This document shows, piece after piece, positions 1-16,931 of a DNA stretch of 64,000 bases. The notes beneath the pieces were generated by a model. It was given only the letters and a program-made list of their open reading frames with translations. It searched no databases and was not told where the DNA came from. The translations under genes were made by a program, and so were the position numbers. Location: NCBI RefSeq assembly GCF_009914755.1, contig NC_060947.1; one strand, given 5' to 3'. Source of the DNA: the human T2T-CHM13v2.0 reference genome, Homo sapiens. Position 1 is the first letter of the stretch, and the number at the start of each line of letters is the position of its first letter.

Positions 1-153
1 CCCTTTTCTCTGGCTGTCTGCAGGCAGAAGAGTCCTGAATGGTCACTGACACCGGACTGTACAGAACGGGAAACAGATGCCCTCTGTGCATCTAACCCTC
101 TCCTTGTTTGTTTGCTCACTGAAAACAACCAGGCAGTAAAGCCTGTTACAAAG

Positions 154-272
154 ACTGAGAGGGGAGGATCACTGGAACTCAGGAGCTCGAGGCTGCTGTG
201 AGCTATGATTGCACCACTGCACTCCTGCCTGAGCAAAAGAGTGAGATCCTGTCTCAAAAGAATAAAAATAAA
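154..272 (+). mobile_element. Old Alu right-arm fragment (a similar one at 795-970)
   Basis: GGAGGATCACT...GAGGCTGCTGTGAGCTATGATTGCACCACTGCACTCC + A tail. Confidence 0.85.
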
Positions 273-2052
273 AAGACAGAGAGGCAGAGTTCCAGTTTTC
301 TCACAGATGGCCTGGTATACTTGGACAAAACAGTTGCCTCCTCTGGGTTGCAGTTTTTCCAAAATATGCCAAAACATCCCACGTGATCATTAGGGGGTGC
401 AAGTCAGACAGCAGATACGCAAGCACCAGGCAAACTGTTAAGGAACAAAATGCAAGGTGGCATCATTACCATTCACATCATGTTCTCCGCTTTGAATTGG
501 GCCATTTGCTGTTTCTGTTTACAGTTCCTTACTCTTATCATTTTATCTGATTGTACTTTTCTCTGATAACCAGTGAATCATGCAGACCAGGTAAAAACAT
601 AACCAAAAGTAAATGGAAAGTTGAGATGATAGTCTAGACAAATCATGTTTAAAAGAAAGGTTTTTACTTGAAACATCTTGAGGCAGGCTGATCTGAGAGG
701 CACAGTGAATCTGACACCAAGCTGTCCAGAATCACTAGAAAAGATGATTACCAAACAAAGGGGATCTGTTTATGAATACAAACATACCTTTTCAAATTAG
801 CTAGGTGTGGTGGCACGCCCCTGTAGTCCCAGATACTGAGGTAGGAAGATCACTTGGGCCCAGGAGTTTGAGATTGCGGTGAGCTGCGATCACGCTACTA
901 CACTTTCAGCCTGGGTGAGAGAGTGAGACCTCATCTCAAAAAATCCAAAAACCCCGAAACAAAAACAAACCATACCTTTTCCAGTTCACTACAAGACCTT
1001 AGAATCGCAGCGTCTTCATCCATTCATTCAGCAACTATTCACTGGGCATATACAATGGACTTTCTTCAAGGCATCTGGGAAACATTAGGAGGAAAACCAA
1101 ACCAAAACAAAACAAAATTTCTGCCCTCTTTTAAGGAGCTTATGCTCCAGTGGCTATTAGTACAAGAAAGAGCCCTGGAGATGATCCAGTATCTAGTAAG
1201 ACTCGCTGACTGTACAGAACGGGAAACTGAGGACCAGTGAAGCTCAGGAATTTGCCAAAGCCTCTTGAAGCTGTAGAAGAGCAGAGAGCAGAGCCACATC
1301 CTATAGCTCCTGGGTTACTAGTCCCTCTACTGTACCTTTCTTGGTTTGGTTTTGGCAACACAGCTGTTTGCCCGATACTTCATGGAGCAATATCACCTGT
1401 CCAGCCAGAAGGCAAGGATGCGGGTGACACTCACCTGTCCACTTCCCAAATGCAGGTCCGTTCTGCTGGAGACAAAACTCTCCCACACAGCAAACACTCA
1501 CTCAGCTTGTACTTTGTGCCAGGCCTTGGGCGGGGCACTGTGGAGGTGGAGCCATTGAGAGGTGAACGGAACTCAGTCCTTGCTCTGGAGGAGCTGCTGC
1601 CGGACCCTGGCAGCGCGATGGCCCAAGTGCCCCTCACCGCTTCTGGCACAGACCAAGATACACAGGACCGGCACCCCACCAGGTGTTGCAGCATAAATAT
1701 TTGTTGAAGTAGGGCTAGCGTGGGTGTGGGTGTGTGTGTTCAGATGCACCCAGCCATGATGCCTTGATTCTACAGCTCAGGTCACAGACAGATGCAATTC
1801 CCAGCAAAGGCAACTCTCTTGGTTGTAGAAAAACACAGTTCAAAGCCTGTGCTACCGAGGTTTGGATTTTCCTTCAGTGACTGCTCTTCTGCACTGTCTG
1901 AAGAATTAAGAGTGAAATCAAAGGTGACTCTGTTAGAACAGTGAACCCTTCTTGGGCACTTATTTTTGTGCCAAGCATTGCTCTAAATACTTCATGTGTA
2001 TTAATTTGTTTAATCCCCAGCATTTATAAGGTAGGTACTATTACAAGGCTCA

Positions 2053-2440
<388 letters not shown>

Positions 2441-3118
2441 TCACATAGCTGGTAAGTGACAGGATGCGGAGCCAGCTCCTGCTTTTCCTCGCCACGCCCG
2501 CCTGACCTACAGGCAGTGCTCTTCGGACTTCAGTGCTCTCTTTGCAAGTCAAAGCCCTGGCCAGCACTGCATATCGGTCACAGGATTCTAGTGCTTAGAA
2601 ATAAAGAGGAGGGTGTTCCCGGAACCCACCTCCCTCCAGGTCCCCAGCTGGGCCCTGTGGCAGCCAAAGGGGAGTGCCCTTGGGCCTCCCTCTAGGAAGG
2701 AGGTGGATATGCAGCGAATCCACTGCTTGACTGAATTAAGTCCTCTCTTTTCCTCATTCCCCCTCCCCTCAGCCAGGTCCTCTTCCTTGCTTGGCTGAAA
2801 CAGCCCACAGAGTGCTTGCTTCCTTCTGAGAGGGTGTGCCCTCCACACCTAGCACCCAAGAACACAGGCTTTCCTTTACTTGCTCAGGTCTTCATTCAGC
2901 AGATGTTTCCTGGTGTCTCCTGGGCCCCAGGCCCTGTGCTAGTTGCAAGGAAGCCCACGTGAGACAGTCAAGTAATCACCCAGACAGTGGCTGTGGCTGT
3001 GAGAAGCACCACAAAGGACCAGACGGAGAAAGGAAAATGCGGACCAGAAGTCGGGGAGTCTCCCAGGGAAGGTGTTGGGGACTGGGCTGAGGTCTGGAGG
3101 GTGGGTGGTACTTGTTTA

Positions 3119-4335
<1,217 letters not shown>

Positions 4336-4492
4336 TTACTACCAATATCCCAAATCTAAGCCCACACCAGCTTTGACCTGCAACCTCTCCTAAAGGATCT
4401 CTCTGCCTCTGGCCCATCCCCTACAGCAGCAGGGAGGGCTTTCTCAAATAGAGTCTGGACTGGGTCATATCCTTGCTCAAAATCCCGTCATG

Positions 4493-5190
<698 letters not shown>

Positions 5191-5201
5191 TCTTAAATTC
5201 A

Positions 5202-6008
<807 letters not shown>

Positions 6009-7274
6009 TCCTGTCATGGCTTCCCATTGCCTGCTGGTGAGAAGCAGTGGATGACAACCTCTGCCATGAACAGCCTTGGTCTGTCCAGGCTGTGCCCCAC
6101 CTCTATGTCCCCAGAGCAGCTCTCACTGCACCCCTCCCCTGACATCCCAGCCTTCGGGTCCTCCCACCAGTTCACAGTAAACCTGCCCACAGCCTGGGGT
6201 AATTGGCTCGTTTATTGCCCATGGAAAACTCACTAACTCTCTGCATCCATTTCAAAATTACCTCTTTTGTTCATAAAGCCTTCCAGACCCTATGCCACCC
6301 ACAATCAGACATAAAGCCTTCCTCTCAGCCTTTGCTGGCTCTGCCTGCTTGTCCCTCTATTTGGCATTGGCATTTATTTTATGCACACTCCATTGCAGGT
6401 GTGTCTGCCCTCCCTCCATTGCAAGTTTCTTGAGGGTGGGGAGTCTCCCTTGGGAATCTATGGAAGTCCTCTTGCCTTGGGGCCTACTTAGAACATGGTA
6501 AAGGAGTGGTCAAGGTCAATGGAAAACGCATTCGCTTGTTCAACAAATTGTAATGGAATGCCTGTTCTGCGCCACATAGAGGGACACAGTGGAAAACAGC
6601 AGACTGAGGTCCTTGGCCTCATGGTGCTCACTGTCTCCTGGGAAGCCAGTGTGAAGCTGCTGTACCACAGTGGGCATGAATTGGATGTGGAAAAACTAAG
6701 CAAGGAAAAGAGAGGCAGGCAATGTGGAGCTGGGGATTTTGATTCGCAATAGGTTGCTCAGGGAAGGTGACACATTTGAGCAAAGATGGAAGGGAGGTGA
6801 GGGCAGGATCCTGGCAGATGTGTGGGAGAGTGTCCCAGGTAGAGGGCAGAGCAAGCAGCAAGGTAGCAAGGTCCTGAGGTGGCTGTTCCTGAGCGAGGTT
6901 GACAACAGGGTGAGGAGAGATAGAATCACGTGTGTTTGCTGAGGGGGTTGGGGGGAGAGCAACCTGTGCAAACCCATTGGGAAGACGGGGGCTTCCCCTG
7001 AGGAGGTGGGGAGCCCCCAAAGTGTCCTGAGCCCTGCCTCTATGTCCCCAGAGTGCCTCGGGCCCCAGGGCAAGGCATCTGCATTTCATCCGATAGCTGT
7101 GCCCCGGGTCCACTCCGGACTTCCTTCATAACAAGGTCTGATTTAGCAGGACCGGTCTGACTACTGTGTCCAGGGCAGAGTGAAATTGGGGAAGAGGGAC
7201 TGACACTCATAGTCACGACAAATGCCATACTTTTTAGAGTCACACATAAAGGACCTTTGCAAGGCCACCTTTCA

Positions 7275-9020
<1,746 letters not shown>

Positions 9021-9861
9021 AAATGATTTTTAAAATGGCAACTGCAATCCCATTTAGAGAGTGGCTCCTCCTCTCCCCACTGCAGGAATCCTTTCAGTTC
9101 AGGTAAAGAGAAACAGCTTGTACCTTTACATTACACATTACACGGGGTAGACACAGAAGGGCCTCAGTCACTAGCCAGACGGAAACTTGGTGTGGGTGGA
9201 GGGTGGGGACTACAGTCTGCTGCGTGTGCAGGCCTTCTGGATGGGATGGGGCTTGGAGGTGAGAATCTAGAATGGGTAACCCAGCAGCATGGTGAAGACT
9301 TCAAGGCGGGACAAGGCAGGGCTGTTCGGTAATGTGGTGGCTGGTGGGAGCTATCCCATTGGAGAGTCCCCTCTCTTCTGCTCCCTTCCCCTCCTCTGAA
9401 GGAGACCGGTGCCTAGAAGGTCAAGGGCCCTTCAGTTTCATCTCCATCTTCCCCACAGGACCCGGCCGGCCTGGCACGTCACTGGCCCTTGATGGGCTTT
9501 TGTAGATTAGGATTGTATTCCCACAAGGCGCCGGCGTGGAGAGTAAAAAGTAGGAAATCCTTTGGTCACTGACCCACTTCCCGCTTTTCATTCAATATGA
9601 AAGGAACCCAGAGCAGGGACGCGGTGGCGCTGGTGCTGCTGAAGAGGCCTGTGTCCTGCTGAACAGCCCTGGCTTCTGCGCTCCTTTCTCTTCCTTGTCC
9701 CAGCCCTGGGCAAGAGCAGTGCTGTGGGAGGGAGCCGCCCCGGTGGCTCCTTTCCCACCGTCCCCGGCAGCCTCCGGGGTCTGGTGGGGAGGGGGTGAGG
9801 GAATTCGGGAGGGGCAACGGGCGCAGCCATCTGGTGAAATGCAGACGCCCGGTCCCGGTCC

Positions 9862-11016
<1,155 letters not shown>

Positions 11017-11652
11017 TCAGCCACCGGGTTCCCCGCGGGTCTCTCTCGGCTTCTGTTTGGAACCAGAAAACCTCTTCTCAAGGGTGCTGGCTGCTCTCGC
11101 CAGCTCACCAAAGGCCGCGGCACCCACAGTGGAGCTAAGCTATCGAGAGCTACCAAGTGTGGCACCTAGTAAAGGCCAAGAGACCAGAGTTCCCGCCCTG
11201 GCTCAGCCACTGACCCATGTGGGGACTTCAGCAAATCTCCAGGCGTTGGGCCCTCTGTGCCACGAGGAGGCTGGGTTGGAGGGCCTGGAAGAGTCTTCCC
11301 AGTGGTGCAGCTCTGCAGATCCATTCTAATAGAGAACCACCTCTGAGAAGGTTTTCCCCTCTATGGGAAAAACAAGTAGAGTTGGAATGCAATTCCCACC
11401 AAAGAGCAGACGGTGAGGGGAGGGGACCCGGGGCTGGTAACAGGGAGGGGTGAGGGGAGGCACCTCGTGGTGAAGTAGTTCACAGGAGGCTAAGCGGTGT
11501 GCGGCAGGGGCCCTGAGAAGGCCTGGAAGCCAGTCAAGACTCCCTATCCCTGAAGATCTGCACTTATAAGGACTCCATATTTACAAAGGTTCCTAGGTGC
11601 CATATTGAAAGATCTTGTTTCATTGTAGGGTCTTCACAGCAAGTTCCCTTAA

Positions 11653-12970
<1,318 letters not shown>

Positions 12971-14085
12971 AGGCATGATTCTTAAAAGGAGGCTGGGTTG
13001 GCCCAAGGTACTCAAATGAAGACTTTGGGAACTGTGGGAGGGTGGGTGGAGTGTGTAGGCAGTGGGCCAGGGGACCAGGGTTTCATTTTTGTTGAACGAT
13101 GAGGATTCCCCTTAGTCTTTTAGGGGCCTTGAACTGACAGGAACTGAAAACCTCTTTAAATAGCATTTGCCACACTTCATCCCATTTCTTATTTAATGTT
13201 TTCGTAACTTCTCTAGGCAGCCAAGCAGCTTAAGGGATTCTGGTTTGAGGTTCTCCTGTGTGGATGGGCTTTGCCTGTTTCCAGGTAGGGCCCGGGCAGA
13301 GGCCTAGAGTATCCTTCATTCCCTCAAGCCCTTGCACGCTGACCTGGGTGCTGCTGCTGGAGGTATCCTCAAGCTAACGGGCATTGAGCTTTGCTGCAGA
13401 GAAGGCAGCCTGCCTTGGGCTCCCTGAGTCTAGGGTGTGCCCAGGCATCCCTGGCTTTCTGTCACCTTTTCTTTCTTTTTTTCACCTTCCAAACTAGTCT
13501 TTAGGCCTCTCCTGGTTGGCCTTTGACTGGTGACAAGCAGACCGTCTTCACTCAGTCTCCCTCACCACCAAGACTGGCAGTGGTCTGGGTGGATGAGGCG
13601 GGTGGAATCACCTTTGATAGAGGACACTGAGGCTCGGAGCCCTCAGGTGACATGTGAAAAGGCATACCAGGAAATCAGTGACAGAGCCCAAAGCCTCTAT
13701 CTTGTCCCTTCCTTCCAGCCTTACTCCCCACTCCATCTCATCTCCCTTCTGTTACTGATTAGTAGACATGCAATACATATACATGAAAGTTTCTGCTAAG
13801 GCAGGAGCCCACTGGGCCACAGGCCTTGCTCAGGCATGTCGCCGCACACGGGCAGGTGTTAAGGAGAAAATCTGGCTGTGAGGAGCCTCCGTTGGTAGGT
13901 GGGTGGCTGGGGGGATGGGGAGGAGCAGGGAGCCATCTTTGGATCTCTGTCACTCAGTGATGTCATAGTCATGTTCTGTGAGTTCATGTTCTGACGATGA
14001 CCAGTTTGTAGTTCAGCTTCAGGCCAAGTGCTTCAGCTCCATATAAGAGGTAGCTTTCTTGAGAGCAGAGATCGAAATATTTCCT

Positions 14086-14140
14086 ATGCAAAGGATGGAA
14101 ATACTTCCTGCGCGTAAGCGCAATCCTTTCATCATTCGAA
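14086..14140 (+). CDS. HMGB3: Candidate upstream coding exon adding 20 aa to HMGB3 (MQRMEILPARKRNPFIIRIR)
   Basis: ATG at 14086, donor GAA|GTATGT at 14141. 55 nt + TCAGG = 60 nt, in frame with ATG 19070. Agrees with my recollection of a 220-aa isoform. Confidence 0.65.
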
Positions 14141-14971
14141 GTATGTGGGGAGAAATAGATGGTCAATGGGCAGGGTTGGGGCAGTGGGGCAGGGAAGCAT
14201 GGATCTTGAGGGTGGCAACTGGGGGCCAGTTTGGGTTGGGAGATGCTCTTATTTCTCTGGTTTGCCCTTGAAGCTGCTGCCTCTGGGAATGCCCTGGGTG
14301 TGCCCATACGTGAGTACGTGTATACATGTGCTGTTTGTGAGTTGGCATGGGCTTGTGTGACCCTTGTCATCCATCCAAGGGCCCACCACCCTGGTTCCCC
14401 CACCAAGGTGCCTGCCAACTGTGCCGTGTCACTTGCCACTGTGGGCAGTTGCTGGGCAGTAGCTGGACCCCAACTTGAATCTCTGGTCTAGAAAGGCCTG
14501 GCAACCTTGAGAGGCTAGGGTGCTCTGGCAGAGGCGAGGTATTGGTCAGATCACTTGTGGAAACCCTGCTCCCCTCTAGGCCTTGTGGAGACAGGGGAAG
14601 AGGGAGTGGCTTGGGCAGGTCAGGCCCTGGGAAACTGCTTGTAGAAGGAGCAGGGAGGGGCTGTCTGTCTGGAGAAAAGGCCTGGCCTGCCATGAACTAT
14701 CTGAAGGGTGAGGGATTACCCTGTGTGGAGATGTTGACCTTAAGGCTCAGAGGTGGCTGGAGATGGAAGGAACTGCCATGAAGGAAGATGGTAAGCTCCC
14801 TATGAGTGGAGGTATGCAAGCAGAAGGCAGGCAACCACTAAGCTGGTTCTAACAGGACAGAGGGATGGATGAGGTGGCCTTAAGATCTCTGAACTCCTGA
14901 GTCTGTAGTGGGGACCTGGGTTAGTGACACAATACCTGCCTGCTCTTGTCAAAAGCAGCACTATCTCTGCC

Positions 14972-15251
14972 TTTTTTTTTTTTTTTTCGGAGTCTTGCTC
15001 TGTTGCCCAGGCTGGAGTGCAGTAGCATGATCTTGGCTCACTGCAACCTCCACCTCCCAGGTTAAAGCGATTCTCCTGCCTCAGCCTCCTACAGGCATGC
15101 ATCACCACACCTGGCTAATTTTTTTGTATTTTTAGTAGAGACGGGGCTTCATCAGATTGGCCAGGCTGGTCTTGAACTCCTGATCTCGTGATCCGCCTGC
15201 CTCAGCCTCCCAAAGTACTGGAATTACAGGCATGAGCCACCGCGCTTGGCC
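14972..15251 (-). mobile_element. Antisense Alu with small internal deletion
   Basis: TSD CTATCTYTGCCTTTT on both sides. Confidence 0.92.
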
Positions 15252-15639
15252 TCTATCTTTGCCTTTTGATCTGGATTGGAACCTTGATGATGGGAGCCAA
15301 CAGCACCAGCTTCAGGGGCTCAGGCTTGGCTGGGAGGCTCAGAGGAGTTGGTAAGAGGGGGCGTAGGGGTGAAGAAGCAGGTGCCCTGTGAAGCCAGATC
15401 CTTTGCACACCTCAAACTCAGCCACGGTTTCTGGAAGCAGCATTTGGAAAATTCATGTTCTGGTGGGGCTTATTTCTGAATATAGGACTCATAAATAGCT
15501 GGATCTCTTGGCCTTTCAAAGAAAAGAAAAACCAAACTCATGACATCTCTTCCTTTGCATTATTTTCTCCAACTGTCAATCTTTAAACTGCTCTTTTTCT
15601 CACCCTTTCATTCTTTCCAGGCAAGGGCCCTCAGATACT

Positions 15640-15860
15640 TTCTTTCCAAATAGGGCTGATACTTGCATTTGAAGTGGAGTATTTCTTCCTTGCGTGGGAC
15701 TGTCCTATGCAATGTAGGATATTTAGTATCCCCGGCCGTTCCTTCCTCTTATTGAATTCCAGCAACACCTGCCAGTCATCCAGGCACCGGCCCCACGAAT
15801 TTCAGAACATCCCTTACAGAAGTGACACTGCGGCTCCTATACTTTGAAAAACATTGCCTG
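15640..15860 (+). mobile_element. MER20-like hAT relic
   Basis: GGGACTGTCCTATGCAATGTAGGATATTTAGTATCCCCGGCC core; ends TTGAAAAACATTG. Confidence 0.6.
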
Positions 15861-16686
15861 AATCCCCAAAGAAGTGACTAGCTCAAGGCCATACCACCAG
15901 CCAATGGCAAAGTGGAGATCAAGTCAAATCCCATTCATTCATTCATTCACTCATTCATTCCCGAAGCTTTAATTCTTTGCTCTAGGGTGTGTCAGGAGAG
16001 CAGAGGGAATGAGGGCCTTGAACCGAGACAGTGAAGAGGGTAAGAAGAAAAGTGTTATTCTTTGCCCACAAAACTACAATTTCTCACAAATTCTCTGCTC
16101 TTGCCAAATTTTGTTTTCCTCTTTTAGCCCGTCGGTTCCGCAATTTCGGGCGCAAATAAAGACCTTCTGGCATTTAGTGGAAAGAGCCTAGTTGAGCACG
16201 ATCCGCAGAAGCGGAATCAGGTGGCTTTCGGATAGGCAGCGAGATCCGAGGACTAAATCCCGAGGTCTTGGCGAGCAAGCAGCTGCCCTCCGCCAGGCAT
16301 CGAGGAGCGAGCTGCCGCCGCGTTTCTGTCGCGGCGCCGCGGCCGAACCGGGTAGAGGTGGTCTACCATCGGCCCTTCGTGGTGGGCCCAGGGGTGTTTC
16401 CCCGGGCAGGGGAGCTGACTGCAGGCCAGGGGCGCCAAGGCCGCGGTGCGGTGGGAGCAGAGGGCAGCGCAGCGGGGCTGGACTTCATCTTCCCACGCCA
16501 GAGGCCGAGGCCTCCGGGAATCGCAGGGCCACCTCTTCAAAGCCCTTGGCGATCCCAGTTCTGTTCCCCGAGGGGGCTGGCGAGGTGGGCGGGGCGGGCA
16601 GGCGAGACTAGGTCTTTCCCTGTTTGGCCTCCGTAGCCGGCGCCGGCGGGTCGTTCTGTTTGAATGAATGATCCCAGCAGCCGCGC

Positions 16687-16780
16687 CCAATGGGCGTCCA
16701 CGCCTGCTTAATATGCATGAGGCCCGCAGCCAATGGCCAGGCGAGGAGGCTGTTTTAAACGGCAGAGCCCGCTGGCCAAT
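16687..16780 (+). promoter_or_regulatory. Three CCAAT (NF-Y type) boxes plus an octamer-like TAATATGCAT
   Basis: CCAAT at 16687, 16730 and 16776; TAATATGCAT at 16709-16718. Confidence 0.8.
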
Positions 16781-16789
16781 CAGGCGGCT

Positions 16790-16872
16790 CTCGTGGAGGC
16801 AGCTAGCGCGAGGCTGGGGAGCGCTGAGCCGCGCGTCGTGCCCTGCGCTGCCCAGACTAGCGAACAATACAG
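16790..16872 (+). other. HMGB3: HMGB3 non-coding exon 1 (5' boundary approximate)
   Basis: Lies just downstream of the CCAAT boxes and ends at donor ACAG|GTACGT. Joining to acceptor ACAG|TCAGGATG at 19065 gives the HMGB3 leader as I recall it. Confidence 0.85.
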
Positions 16873-16894
16873 GTACGTCTCGCACCGCCCGCTC

Positions 16895-16930
<36 letters not shown>
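16895..16930 (+). repeat. (CCG)12 trinucleotide repeat at the start of intron 1
   Basis: Uninterrupted CCG run of 36 nt. Confidence 0.95.

Positions 16931-16931
<1 letters not shown>

Noticed and set aside
1676-1710. CTCF-like CCACCAGGTGTTGCA
   Set aside because: Mismatched core, and it overlaps an L2 3' end (AAATATTTGTTGAA).
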